Virus record (IMG/VR): IMGVR_UViG_3300032229_000533
Span: 32,001-96,000 of that record
Direction: 5' to 3' (one strand)
Origin: a virus
Length of the DNA: 64,000 bases
Part shown: piece after piece, positions 19,191 through 29,194 of the stretch
Layout of the letters: each line of letters starts with the position of its first letter
How positions within the stretch are numbered: position 1 is the first letter of the stretch
Program-made: the position numbers and the translations under genes
The notes under the pieces: model-generated
The model's database searches: none
The model's input: only the letters and a program-made list of their open reading frames with translations
What the model was told of the DNA's origin: nothing

Positions 19191-22100
19191 TTAGATATTT
19201 TCAAACGAAGCTCCTGTTGGAGTGATGAAGAACTCAATGTCAATGAATTCTAATGCTTTCGTTGGTTTTAAGTAGATTTTACCTACAAGTCTGTTAGCAT
19301 CTAAATCTTCAGGTGTTGAAGATACAGTTACACGGAAATCGTATAAACCTCTATCTCTTCTGATTGAATCTAAGATAGGATTAACACTATCCAAGAACTG
19401 TTGTCTAACAACTTGGTCGTTTTGTTCAAACAATAATCTAACCGCTACCGCTGAAATTAATTTACGAGCTTGAAGTAATAATCTTCTTACATTTAATCTG
19501 TTAAGTGCTGTGTCAGCAACCTGTAGAGTTTTGTTACCCCAAATTACAGTTCCAACATCAGAGAAAGTTGCGATAGGGTTGATTCTACCTTGATACAATG
19601 TATCTCTGTCAGTTTGTGTAAGTTTTTGTCTAGCTTTGATTGAGTTTACAAGACCTCTTGTGTAACCCGCTGATGCGAACCAAGGGAATGAAATGTTATC
19701 AGTTAATGCTAAGTTTCTACAAACCTCACCTGTTGGTGGTAAGTAAATTTGAGTATTATTTACTGTATCTCTTGTTAAAATCCAAGGGTAATAAGTTGCG
19801 GTATAGTTAGAATCAATTCCTGTGTTATCCAAGTTATCAACCGCTTCTTGTGAGTAAATGATATCTTGTGGGTTAGTTGAGTCTGGTGTATACATTTGAT
19901 AGTCAGGAGTTGTACAGATATAAACTGAGTCAGCTCTTGAGAATTGTACCATGTCAATTGCTTCTTCTACTAAGTTTGAGTTATTAACATAATCAATCGC
20001 AGTTGTTGCAAAAACGTTAATGTTTGTAGATTCGGGGTTAGCAAAGGTCAAGATACCAAGTAAGTACGCGTAGTAGTCAGTATTTGCAAAGTCTTGTGTG
20101 TTATTTTGAATTACAATTCTTTTAAACAAACCGTCACCTGTTGCGGTTGGGTATCTTGAAGATGCTGAAGCACCTGCCAAATAACCCGAAGCACCTAATT
20201 GGAATCTATCTTGGTTAGTTCTCCACTCTCTATAAATGTCCCATCCGTCAAATCCACCTGCAAAACATACTGTATATTTTCTTGAGTAGATAAAGTAGTA
20301 TGGGTTATCTTGAGTTCCAGGGTCTTCTCTGAATTCAGCAACACCACATTCAAATGCGGTTTGACCACTGTCAACCGAAAGATTACCAATTGTAACAACA
20401 GTTGCTCCTGAGTCCATGTGGAACCCTTTACTTAATACATTCCAAGGTTGAGCAACCGCTAAAGGATTTGAAATCCAATTTGATGGAGTTTTTTTACCTT
20501 TATATGTTAAGAAAGATTCGTCAATACCAAATTCACTTGAAAACCCTAAATAACTTCTTCTAACAATATCTCCCGCAGACTCAATAGAATTTGAACCTCC
20601 TGTTGGTGTACCAAATGGTGGGTTAGCAATAACTTCACCAGGAAAATAATATTTTGTTTTAAATTTAGGATATGGTGATGGGTAAAGAGTGTAATCATCA
20701 TATTCTCTTTGAGTATAACCATAAAAACCACAAGGTAATGCATCTATTGGTGCCTCGTCAGCCATTTCAACCATAATATATTTTGAAATTAATGCAAACT
20801 CACCGTTAGATGAACCTATTTTTTTAGCCACAAAATTATTTGTTGCTGGGTCCATATTACAATTTGTGAATTTTTCAATTACAACAGGGTTTGCGTCAGT
20901 ATCAAAGAAATTTCTAACTAATACATCAAATGACATATTATTATAGGATAAGTTAGCAATAGACACTTTAATTTCAGTATTCGCCGAATCACCATCAGAT
21001 ATTGAAATAAATTTGAATAATTTGTAAACTTTATTACCTCTTAATTCTGAAACTAAATAAGGTGTTTCTGGTGATTGATATTGTTCTAAGTTATAAGCGA
21101 TTGATGAGCTACTTTCACTTCTAGCGTCAGGTAACGCAATTAAATCACATGATAATCCACGAATATAACCTTGATTGTAAGCATAATTTAAAGATGCTTG
21201 ATACGATTCTTCAACATAAATCGGAACCTCAAATCTTGATTTACCAAAATTATCAACACCAAATACTTTAGTAATATATTTTGCCGATGATGCTAATAAT
21301 GAAGTTTCAAATGAGAATGTATTTGATTCTCTTGTCACTCCTGATAATAAGAAAGTTGCGTAAGGTGATTTTGTAATACCCGAATATTGACCAGTGCATA
21401 CTAATTGTAAATCTGTAAGACCACTTACTTGATAAACAGGACCGTGGTTTTCACTAGCACTACTATTATCAAAAAGAGAAATTCCTCTAGAACGAATAGT
21501 TCCGACAACCATGTTGTTAAATTCTGAAAACGCAGTACCAGTAAAGGTATATGAATTACCAACAACAGTTCCTGTAAATGCACCAGATGCACCTGAAACT
21601 AAATTAGAAACAGTATAATAGAATGAATAACCTGTATAATTACCCGTTAATGAGTTATTGTTTTCAAATTCAAAGTTAGCATAATACCAAGAATCGTTAG
21701 CACCTTCAGTTAATTCGTTTTGTGTAAAATTATTTTCACACCCATATGGACTATAATCTGTAGTGTATGTCCCAACTAAAATTTGGTAATCAGTTTCGGG
21801 TATTGCACCATAAATAACCGCAGTTGTTGCTGATGTTGATGGGATATCAATAATATTACCTAAGTAAGTATTAAAATCATCTTGTAATGTTGATGTTGTA
21901 CCGTCTTGTAATCTATATTGTACATTTAAATTCGTTTGAACCTCAACAGGAAGTTGAGAAAGGTTTGTAAATGTAACAGTATTACCTGTTGAAGTACCTG
22001 TAAATGTTGCAGTAAATGATACACCAACAGATGGATTACCAATAGTTGTTGGGTCTACGTTGGCAGTAACATTAAGAGACCATGATGGACCCGCGTCATA

Positions 22101-22412
22101 ACCTGATAAACCTAAAACTCTGGTAACAAACAATTGGTTAGATTGTTGTAAATATGATTTAGCGATATAAGCAGCTTCATACTTTGGTATTTGAGTGTTG
22201 TAAAACTTAACGGGTTCTGTTCCCCCGAAATAAGCTTGGAACTCATCATAATTGGTTATGAATACTGGTTCGAATGCTGGACCTTTTATAGTTTCTCCAA
22301 CAAGACCTAAAGTCGTTACACCCACACTTTGGGCTACGAAAGATAAGTCGGTTTCAGATGTGTATACGCCTGGTGATACGAATACTTTTTGATTTGCTTG
22401 TGCTGTTGCCAT
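19191..22412 (-). CDS. gp18: Tail sheath protein (T4 gp18-like), enlarged
   Basis: 1073 aa with VSPGVYTSETDLS, TLGLVGETIKGPAFEP, PWFASAGYTRG, LYQGRINPI, WGNKTLQ, LNRLNVRRLL and KPTKALEFIDIEF. Confidence 0.95.
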   Translation of the reverse strand: MATAQANQKVFVSPGVYTSETDLSFVAQSVGVTTLGLVGETIKGPAFEPVFITNYDEFQAYFGGTEPVKFYNTQIPKYEAAYIAKSYLQQSNQLFVTRVLGLSGYDAGPSWSLNVTANVDPTTIGNPSVGVSFTATFTGTSTGNTVTFTNLSQLPVEVQTNLNVQYRLQDGTTSTLQDDFNTYLGNIIDIPSTSATTAVIYGAIPETDYQILVGTYTTDYSPYGCENNFTQNELTEGANDSWYYANFEFENNNSLTGNYTGYSFYYTVSNLVSGASGAFTGTVVGNSYTFTGTAFSEFNNMVVGTIRSRGISLFDNSSASENHGPVYQVSGLTDLQLVCTGQYSGITKSPYATFLLSGVTRESNTFSFETSLLASSAKYITKVFGVDNFGKSRFEVPIYVEESYQASLNYAYNQGYIRGLSCDLIALPDARSESSSSIAYNLEQYQSPETPYLVSELRGNKVYKLFKFISISDGDSANTEIKVSIANLSYNNMSFDVLVRNFFDTDANPVVIEKFTNCNMDPATNNFVAKKIGSSNGEFALISKYIMVEMADEAPIDALPCGFYGYTQREYDDYTLYPSPYPKFKTKYYFPGEVIANPPFGTPTGGSNSIESAGDIVRRSYLGFSSEFGIDESFLTYKGKKTPSNWISNPLAVAQPWNVLSKGFHMDSGATVVTIGNLSVDSGQTAFECGVAEFREDPGTQDNPYYFIYSRKYTVCFAGGFDGWDIYREWRTNQDRFQLGASGYLAGASASSRYPTATGDGLFKRIVIQNNTQDFANTDYYAYLLGILTFANPESTNINVFATTAIDYVNNSNLVEEAIDMVQFSRADSVYICTTPDYQMYTPDSTNPQDIIYSQEAVDNLDNTGIDSNYTATYYPWILTRDTVNNTQIYLPPTGEVCRNLALTDNISFPWFASAGYTRGLVNSIKARQKLTQTDRDTLYQGRINPIATFSDVGTVIWGNKTLQVADTALNRLNVRRLLLQARKLISAVAVRLLFEQNDQVVRQQFLDSVNPILDSIRRDRGLYDFRVTVSSTPEDLDANRLVGKIYLKPTKALEFIDIEFFITPTGASFENI

Positions 22413-22446
22413 TATTAAATTATTCTGTTACAGATTTATTTTATAG

Positions 22447-22497
22447 ATAAATATTCATTATTATATGAAAAAACTTTACTTTTAGGTAAGTATTTAT
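22447..22497. promoter_or_regulatory. Divergent pair of late promoters (TATTTAT on each strand)
   Basis: ataaata at 22447..22453 serves the sheath gene on the minus strand, and tatttat at 22491..22497 serves the small RHH gene on the plus strand. Confidence 0.55.
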
Positions 22498-22532
22498 AAA
22501 CGGTAGGAATTAATTCTACCTTTTTTCTCACC

Positions 22533-22694
22533 ATGAAAACAAAGAAAGAAATCAAGAATATAAAAATATCCCCTGAATCACATGATATACTGAAAAAGTA
22601 CTGTGATAAGAGGGGAATTAAGATTTATAAATTTTTAGAAAATTTAATTATTGAAAAGTGTAAAGAAAAAAAAGATATTTACGGGGAAGATTAA
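22533..22694 (+). CDS. Small ribbon-helix-helix (CopG/Arc-like) DNA-binding protein, not in the ORF track
   Basis: Manual translation MKTKKEIKNIKISPESHDILKKYCDKRGIKIYKFLENLIIEKCKEKKDIYGED* (53 aa) shows an alternating beta strand, a helix, a Gly turn and a second helix. Confidence 0.65.
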   Translation: MKTKKEIKNIKISPESHDILKKYCDKRGIKIYKFLENLIIEKCKEKKDIYGED

Positions 22695-23734
22695 ACTAAC
22701 TTATTATCAAAAGTTATTTTAGATTCTTTTGTGATATCAAGTTTTGTTACCTCAATTCTTAAAATGTCATTAGTTGTAATTTGAATAACTGAAACATCAC
22801 TACCATAATAGTCGTCATTAATGTAGACATCATATGTGTCAATATTATCTGTTCCCACAAGAGACATATTTGCTGTAAAGTCAATCATATCAATTAGTGT
22901 TGTATTACCTGAAACAAAAAGAAATTCAGTTGGAAACTCATCAGGGTTTTTTGGAAACTTATTAATTTTTTGTCTTCTTGTTGTAGTGTCTATTTCAAAT
23001 AATTGAGTAATTCTTTGAATTGCAGGTTTAACCTCAAACTCATCTTCATCAATTAGATAACCCAACATTGTAAAATCATAATTCTGAACATAGTACTTTC
23101 TTGCATCCATGGTCATTTGAGATTCGTCTGAAACGTTGTCTAAAATAATTGGAACGTACTGTCCTTTAATAAAGGTATATGCTTGTCTTGATGAGAATGT
23201 TTGCATAACAATTTTATTAAGTTGATTGAGTTCTCTCATTCTATTACAAATGATTTTAACACCATATTTAATATCAACAGGAACAGGTTGAGGTATTGTA
23301 TAAATGTCCATACCTTGTTCATTTCCATTCCAAGTCGGAACGGATGCATAATAAAACTGTTTTCTATTTGGAATTGTATATTGAAGTGATGGGTTTGTAC
23401 CATACTTAACTTCAGGTTGTCTAACTACCGTTATAAATGGTGGAGAAGGATTATAATCCAAATCAACAAATTTCCACGTCTCTAAATATTGTGACCAATT
23501 TTGTGTTGTAATAATAACATCCAACATAGGGACAATTTTACCCGCAGTAACAACTTCAAGTTCTGTTTTAACAAAATCCAACATACCCCTATCCAAATCG
23601 GCATGTAATACTGACTTAGGTAAATAAGTTCCGTCTTCTTTAATATATTCTAAAAGTTGTTCTCTTCTTTCAGATAAAACTTTTTTTGGTACTAAAGGTA
23701 AGGTTGGCTTAACTATGGTTTTAGGTAATGGCAT
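22691..23734 (-). CDS. Tail terminator/completion protein (T4 gp15-like) with C-terminal extension
   Basis: 347 aa with PQPVPVDIKYGVKI, ELNQLNKIVMQTF, PIILDNVSDES and YDFTMLGYL, in the neck-sheath neighbourhood. Confidence 0.65.
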   Translation of the reverse strand: MPLPKTIVKPTLPLVPKKVLSERREQLLEYIKEDGTYLPKSVLHADLDRGMLDFVKTELEVVTAGKIVPMLDVIITTQNWSQYLETWKFVDLDYNPSPPFITVVRQPEVKYGTNPSLQYTIPNRKQFYYASVPTWNGNEQGMDIYTIPQPVPVDIKYGVKIICNRMRELNQLNKIVMQTFSSRQAYTFIKGQYVPIILDNVSDESQMTMDARKYYVQNYDFTMLGYLIDEDEFEVKPAIQRITQLFEIDTTTRRQKINKFPKNPDEFPTEFLFVSGNTTLIDMIDFTANMSLVGTDNIDTYDVYINDDYYGSDVSVIQITTNDILRIEVTKLDITKESKITFDNKLV

Positions 23735-23738
23735 TATT

Positions 23739-24149
23739 TTATTTTACAACAAATAGTTTATTTTTTGCATTTATCATATCAACTTCTTGTGCACGATAAA
23801 CAGGTTCTTCTGTATCCTTAAATACAAATGTATCGTGTTTATATGGATTATATGTTACAACTTTATCTGATGATGGTGATGGCATTTCATCACAAGGATA
23901 TTCACAATAGTCTAATAATTTTCCAATTACAAATGCGTGAACATTTTTTGATTTTTCAGAACGAACCCTCTCTTTACCACCTTTCCTAACTCTAAATTCA
24001 ACATCACCCAATTTAACATAGTCTGCATGCATAATAACTTTATTATCGTAGGTAACAGAAAAAGTATGTTTGTGTAAATTATAATACACCATAACTTTTT
24101 TACCGATAAATAAAGAATCAAATTGTGATTCGGTGATTACAACTTTCAT
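23739..24149 (-). CDS. Conserved phage hypothetical protein
   Basis: 136 aa with VYYNLHKHTFSV...GKERVRSEKSKNVHAFVIG...VTYNPYK and an N-terminal MKVVITESQ leader. Confidence 0.7.
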   Translation of the reverse strand: MKVVITESQFDSLFIGKKVMVYYNLHKHTFSVTYDNKVIMHADYVKLGDVEFRVRKGGKERVRSEKSKNVHAFVIGKLLDYCEYPCDEMPSPSSDKVVTYNPYKHDTFVFKDTEEPVYRAQEVDMINAKNKLFVVK

Positions 24150-24661
24150 TAAATTCCTCTAAATTCGTTTTCACTAACATATGTTGCAACAACCGTTCTA
24201 TAGAATGGTTTGTATCCCGCATATGTATGTTTATTGTCAGACCTTACGTATCCATCATCACTAACAGTATAATATCTAACTCGGTCTTCCGTTTCATAGT
24301 AACCAAGATAATCCCCCATGAATATTTCAACACCCAAGTCATCAAGCTGTTTTTGATAAAGTGAAAATTTCATATTACCTGGCTCTTGTTGTTCAACTTT
24401 AGAATTACCCAATAATTTATTGGTTGGTGCCATAACTTGGACAAGACCTTTTAATTCAACAGGTGCCAAGAATTGTACTCCATCTTCTAAAACTTCACCA
24501 TATACACTATCGGTCTTCGTCTTATATCGGTCAATACGGTATAGAACTACGGTAAAATTCATATCACCTTCTAACCACTCTTGACCCATACTAGTGTCCA
24601 AGGCGTAATCCTCTCCGCCAAAGAACTTACCTAATCTTGTAATTGGAACTAATTTCTGCAT
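24149..24661 (-). CDS. Neck / head-closure protein (T4 gp14-like); start revised to ATG at 24661
   Basis: VVLYRIDRYKTKTDSVYGE...PVELKGLV...GNMKFSLYQKQL...GDYLGY. The TTG start at 24679 overlaps the late motif (24668..24674), so ATG 24661 is preferred. Confidence 0.7.
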   Translation of the reverse strand: MQKLVPITRLGKFFGGEDYALDTSMGQEWLEGDMNFTVVLYRIDRYKTKTDSVYGEVLEDGVQFLAPVELKGLVQVMAPTNKLLGNSKVEQQEPGNMKFSLYQKQLDDLGVEIFMGDYLGYYETEDRVRYYTVSDDGYVRSDNKHTYAGYKPFYRTVVATYVSENEFRGI

Positions 24662-24664
24662 ATA

Positions 24665-24695
24665 TTGATAAATACTCAAACTTCAACTATATTTA
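24665..24695 (+). promoter_or_regulatory. Putative host-RNAP promoter for the helicase gene
   Basis: TTGATA-N17-TATATTTA, the same architecture as the SSB and polymerase promoters. Confidence 0.5.
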
Positions 24696-24718
24696 ATACA
24701 AACTTTTATTAAAAAAGA

Positions 24719-26470
24719 ATGGAAATAAGTTTGGAGTCAAAAGCGATGGCGATTCTTGAGACATATGATGGTGGTAATAACTATCTTTTAGAATTAAAAC
24801 GTAAATCACAGATTAACAAAAAATTCTATCCTACAAGAAGCCAATCGGAATATATTATATCATTCCACGACAAGCAACCAAAGGTTGCCAAGAAGTGGGT
24901 GATTCTTGATGCCTATTTTGCTCAGAAATTGGCTGACGATAAACTATACACAGAAATTCCACAAAAAGTTTGGGTTGAAAAGTTATTGGCGGATAAAGAA
25001 AAGGCGTATCACATTTGGGGTAAAGTTTTTGATGGTGAAGAGTTTCATGATTTTTGGTTACCAAAAGCTGCAATTATAAAAGACAACTCTGTTAAAGATG
25101 TTGTAATTGATTATTCAAAATACTCTCATCGTCCACCACTTGAACATCAAAAAGAAGCAATACAAAAATTAGTTGAAAATAAAAAGTTTATCTTGGCGGA
25201 TGATATGGGTCTTGGTAAAACAACTTCAACAATTATTGCGGCATTAGAAGCAGGTTCTAAAAAGACTTTAATTATTTGTCCAGCAACTTTAAAAATTAAC
25301 TGGAAACGTGAAATTGAAAACTATTCAGATAAAACCGTATTCATTGCCGAAAGTAAAAATTTTAGTACCGAAGCAGATTTTGTTATCATAAACTACGATA
25401 TTATTAAAAACTTCCATGACACTAAAAAGAAAGATGAGTCGCAAATTCTTGCTTCCAATTTTGATTTGGTCATTGTTGATGAGGCACACTATATTAAGAA
25501 TGCTACAGCACAAAGAACAAAATTAATTAACGACATTGTTAAAAAAACCGATAGATTGTGGTTGTTAACGGGAACACCAATGACATCACGACCAATTGAT
25601 TATTTCAATCTATTAAGTTTAATTGATTCACCTGTTGCAAAGAATTGGATGGCATATGCAATTAGATATTGTCAGGGTTATCAATTTAATGTTGGTGGGA
25701 GAAAGGTTTGGAACGTAACTGGTGCTTCAAACTTAGAGGAATTAAGAGACCGAACATTAGGGTTAACTTTAAGAAGATTAAAAGAAAATGTTCTTGACCT
25801 ACCAGACAAGATTATTACACCAGTCTACCTTAGACTAAAATCAAAACAATATGAAGAGGTAATGGGTGAATACTACGATTGGTACGACAAAAACCCTGAA
25901 GAGTCAAAATCACTTACAGTTCAATTCTCAAAACTAACAAAAGTTAGACAAATTATTGCAGACGAAAAAATTGCTCAAACAATTGAACTTGCTGAAAATA
26001 TTTTAGAACAAGATAAAAAAGTCATTATATTCTGTAACTTTACCGATTCATTAAATAAAATTACCGAACATTTTGGAAAGGCTGCGGTTAAACTTGACGG
26101 CTCAATGTCTAAACCTGAACGTCAACATTCAGTTGACCAATTTCAAGACAACCCAAAAGTTAAAGTTTTTGTTGGTAATATTAAAGCCGCAGGAGTCGGG
26201 ATTACATTAACCTCTGCGGAAGCGGTTATCATGAATGACCTGTCATTTTTACCATCAGACCACGCACAAGCAGAAGACCGAGCATATCGTTACGGTCAAA
26301 AAAATAATGTGTTAGTCTATTATCCAATCTTTGAAAATACAATAGAAGGAATTATATACGATATCCTAAACAGTAAAAAACAAGTGATTGCCACGGTGAT
26401 GGGTGATAATCATCATCCAGCCGACGCAGCAGAAGAAATTCTACAAAGAATTAATAATCTGCGAAATTAG
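24719..26470 (+). CDS. SNF2-family (SMARCAL1/HARP-like) helicase/translocase
   Basis: LADDMGLGKT (Walker A), IVDEAHYIKN, LLTGTP, KVIIFC, AAGVGITLT and QAEDRAYRYGQ. Confidence 0.92.
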   Translation: MEISLESKAMAILETYDGGNNYLLELKRKSQINKKFYPTRSQSEYIISFHDKQPKVAKKWVILDAYFAQKLADDKLYTEIPQKVWVEKLLADKEKAYHIWGKVFDGEEFHDFWLPKAAIIKDNSVKDVVIDYSKYSHRPPLEHQKEAIQKLVENKKFILADDMGLGKTTSTIIAALEAGSKKTLIICPATLKINWKREIENYSDKTVFIAESKNFSTEADFVIINYDIIKNFHDTKKKDESQILASNFDLVIVDEAHYIKNATAQRTKLINDIVKKTDRLWLLTGTPMTSRPIDYFNLLSLIDSPVAKNWMAYAIRYCQGYQFNVGGRKVWNVTGASNLEELRDRTLGLTLRRLKENVLDLPDKIITPVYLRLKSKQYEEVMGEYYDWYDKNPEESKSLTVQFSKLTKVRQIIADEKIAQTIELAENILEQDKKVIIFCNFTDSLNKITEHFGKAAVKLDGSMSKPERQHSVDQFQDNPKVKVFVGNIKAAGVGITLTSAEAVIMNDLSFLPSDHAQAEDRAYRYGQKNNVLVYYPIFENTIEGIIYDILNSKKQVIATVMGDNHHPADAAEEILQRINNLRN

Positions 26471-26511
26471 GCAACTACGGATTATTTATATATAACGGAT
26501 AATCCAAAATT

Positions 26512-28044
26512 ATGAAAAAAACACAAGAGAAAATCCAACAACTAGAAACACAAATACTTGAAAACCACGTTAACCAAGAAAAAGAGTTGTTGATTACCGA
26601 AATGAAAAAAATAGGAATAGAAAAATTACCTTACTCCTATACAGCCCTCAAACAGTTTATTGACCCAGAGACGATGAACTTTCATTATAATAAACATTAT
26701 AAAGGGTACGTGGATAAACTAAACGACGCATTGTCTAAAAAGAAATACGGAGATTTAGATTTAGAAAAAATTATTAAGACCATAAGTCGTTTTGATAAGA
26801 CAATAAGAAACAACGCAGGTGGGGCATTTAACCACGCATTGTTTTGGAACATGTTAACCCCCGACCCAAAAAAATTAGATGGTGAACTTTATAAAAAGAT
26901 AACCAAACAGTGGGGGACTTTCACAAACTTTAAAAAAGAATTTGAAAAACAAGCCAAAGACCGTTTTGGTTCAGGTTGGGTGTGGTTAGTATTAACATCA
27001 AGAAACACATTAAAAATTATGTCAACTCCGAACCAAGACAATCCATTAATGAATGTGATTGAAAATGGTGGGTTTCCTTTACTTGGATTAGATTTGTGGG
27101 AACACGCTTATTATCTAAAGTATAGAAACAAAAGAGACGAATATATCACAAACTTTTGGAAAGTTGTTAATTGGGATTTTGTAACCAAGATGTATGAAAT
27201 GAGAGTTGAGACAAAACTTACCGAATCAACAAAGATGAAACAAATCTTAAGTGAAGGTAAATCTGAAATGTGTTCTCAATCTGAAAATGAATTCTACAGA
27301 ATGTTGTTTAACGTAAATTCAGATGTTAAATGGACTTACATGAATGGTATCAACAAAATCATGAAAGATGTATTTCCTGAAAATTATATCACAAACCCTG
27401 AAAACGACCAATTACCTGGTGTTTACAATCTTGAGGGTCCTGGTAGGTCAGTTATTAATAAGTTAAACACAAACTATACTTCTTTTTGTATCTTATTAAA
27501 AGATTTGAATCAGGTTATTACAAAAATTCCTGGCAAAGAACCAATTAAGTTTTTAGGAAAAACACCCGCTGAACAGAAAAAAGAAGTTGTAAGATTTGTT
27601 AAAGCAATTGACCACTTTAAGTATAGAATCTTTGATAAAGATAGTTCAACTCTTCACAACTTATTAAGAACTTTAACTGAAAAAGATAAGGCAGGTTCTA
27701 AAAGAGAAGAAATAACCGCATCAATTCTTAAACGACATTTTGGTAAAGATGTTAAAATTGAGGTTATTGGTGAGCTAGGTAATAAAAAAGATGCAATTCA
27801 AGGGGTCGATTTGGAAATAACAAAAGATGACCAAGTTTTAACTGGTCAAATTAAACCATTTAGAACCATGATGATTGGTGAAGATGGTATTACTTTAGAA
27901 GGAACCGCAAGTGTTAAAATTTATAACACAGATTTAATGATTTTCCAAAAAGGTAAGAATGTTTTAATTTTTAATAAAAAACCAAAAATTGTTAGAGGTA
28001 ATTTTGTGTTCCCATTAGATTCACTAATGTATAATATACAATAA
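26512..28044 (+). CDS. sodA: Mn/Fe superoxide dismutase fused to a C-terminal PD-(D/E)XK-like domain
   Basis: LPYSYTALK, FHYNKHYKGYV, NAGGAFNHALFW, FGSGWVWL, NQDNP and LDLWEHAYYLKY, with all four metal ligands present. About 270 further residues include REE...GVDLEI...GQIKP. Confidence 0.85.
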   Translation: MKKTQEKIQQLETQILENHVNQEKELLITEMKKIGIEKLPYSYTALKQFIDPETMNFHYNKHYKGYVDKLNDALSKKKYGDLDLEKIIKTISRFDKTIRNNAGGAFNHALFWNMLTPDPKKLDGELYKKITKQWGTFTNFKKEFEKQAKDRFGSGWVWLVLTSRNTLKIMSTPNQDNPLMNVIENGGFPLLGLDLWEHAYYLKYRNKRDEYITNFWKVVNWDFVTKMYEMRVETKLTESTKMKQILSEGKSEMCSQSENEFYRMLFNVNSDVKWTYMNGINKIMKDVFPENYITNPENDQLPGVYNLEGPGRSVINKLNTNYTSFCILLKDLNQVITKIPGKEPIKFLGKTPAEQKKEVVRFVKAIDHFKYRIFDKDSSTLHNLLRTLTEKDKAGSKREEITASILKRHFGKDVKIEVIGELGNKKDAIQGVDLEITKDDQVLTGQIKPFRTMMIGEDGITLEGTASVKIYNTDLMIFQKGKNVLIFNKKPKIVRGNFVFPLDSLMYNIQ

Positions 28045-28068
28045 TAAACTAATTGATATTTATTAGAT

Positions 28069-29190
28069 ATGGCAGTTATTCCAGAACCAGAAAGGTCAAA
28101 AATTTATACAAGAGTTAAGCACTTATTGGGGGCACCAATTAGAAGTGTTGAAATTGAAGATGAAATGATGGATTCTTTAATGGAACTTTCAATTCAAGAC
28201 TATGAACAATACATTTTAAATTGGTTGATTGATAGTCAATGGGTTAACTTAGTTAACTTGAATATGACAGAAAAGTCTGTATCAAGAGCATTGATTACAA
28301 GAACGATGGATTTTGAACAACAATTTTCATATTCATATTCAAAAATTGTAGGACTTCAAGCCGAAGGTCCTTGGGTATTAAAGAAAGATTATATCATTCT
28401 TGAAGAAAACAAACAAAACTACGAGATACCAGCTGGTCGTGAAATTAATGAAGTATTATGGTTTAGCAATCAACCTATTACCGCATTTGGTATGGGTGGT
28501 ATTGGTGGATTTGGTGGTGTAGGTCTTGGTGCCAACGAAGCGGGTTTTGCTCAAATGGGATACCAAGGTTCTTATTTTATGATGTCAGGTTTTGACTATC
28601 TAATAAGAATGCAAGAAGCGAATATCTTAAACAGAATCCTTGGTGGTTCTTTAACTTATAGAATTACCGCATTACCTGACGGTAAAAAAGATTTACAATT
28701 ATACAATGCGCCTGGTAATAGTTTTAACTGGGGAAATTATAGTCAATATGTTGGTAAGGCTGTTTGGTATTGGTATTACGATGTAACACCTGATAGTAGA
28801 GCTGACTGTTTAAAAAATAATCCTGATGTAATTAAATCACCAAATGATGTTCCATTAGAAGAACTTACTTGGTCTGACTTAAACGTACCTGCACAACAAT
28901 GGGTTAGAAGATGGTTTACCGCTTATGTTAAAGAAACATTAGGTAGAGTTAGAGGAAAATATAGTGGAAACTTAAAAGTTCCCGATTCAGAATTAACCAT
29001 GGACTACACAAGTTTGTTGACCGAAGGTAAGGATGAAAAAACAAAATTAATAGAAGAACTTACAGGTGCTGAAGGTTGGTTAACAAGATTAAGACCTGAG
29101 AAAGTTATGGAACGAGAAGCCTTAATTGCCGAGAACTTAAATAAACAAATGAAGTTCCGAGCAATGCCTCGTCAAATATATGTAATTTAA
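28069..29190 (+). CDS. Neck protein / head-tail adaptor (T4 gp13-like)
   Basis: 373 aa with LLGAPIRSVEI, WVRRWFTAYVKETLGRVRGKY and LLTEGKDEKTKLIEEL. Confidence 0.8.
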   Translation: MAVIPEPERSKIYTRVKHLLGAPIRSVEIEDEMMDSLMELSIQDYEQYILNWLIDSQWVNLVNLNMTEKSVSRALITRTMDFEQQFSYSYSKIVGLQAEGPWVLKKDYIILEENKQNYEIPAGREINEVLWFSNQPITAFGMGGIGGFGGVGLGANEAGFAQMGYQGSYFMMSGFDYLIRMQEANILNRILGGSLTYRITALPDGKKDLQLYNAPGNSFNWGNYSQYVGKAVWYWYYDVTPDSRADCLKNNPDVIKSPNDVPLEELTWSDLNVPAQQWVRRWFTAYVKETLGRVRGKYSGNLKVPDSELTMDYTSLLTEGKDEKTKLIEELTGAEGWLTRLRPEKVMEREALIAENLNKQMKFRAMPRQIYVI

Positions 29191-29194
29191 TATT

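Noticed and set aside
9496-22412. Bacterial T6SS or extracellular contractile injection system
   Set aside because: It is interleaved with neck genes, SSB, DNA polymerase, helicase and phage-type late promoters, with no membrane complex or host housekeeping context. A phage tail module explains it better.
24662-24679. TTG start at 24679 for the gp14-like gene
   Set aside because: It overlaps the late motif. ATG at 24661 is the more plausible start.
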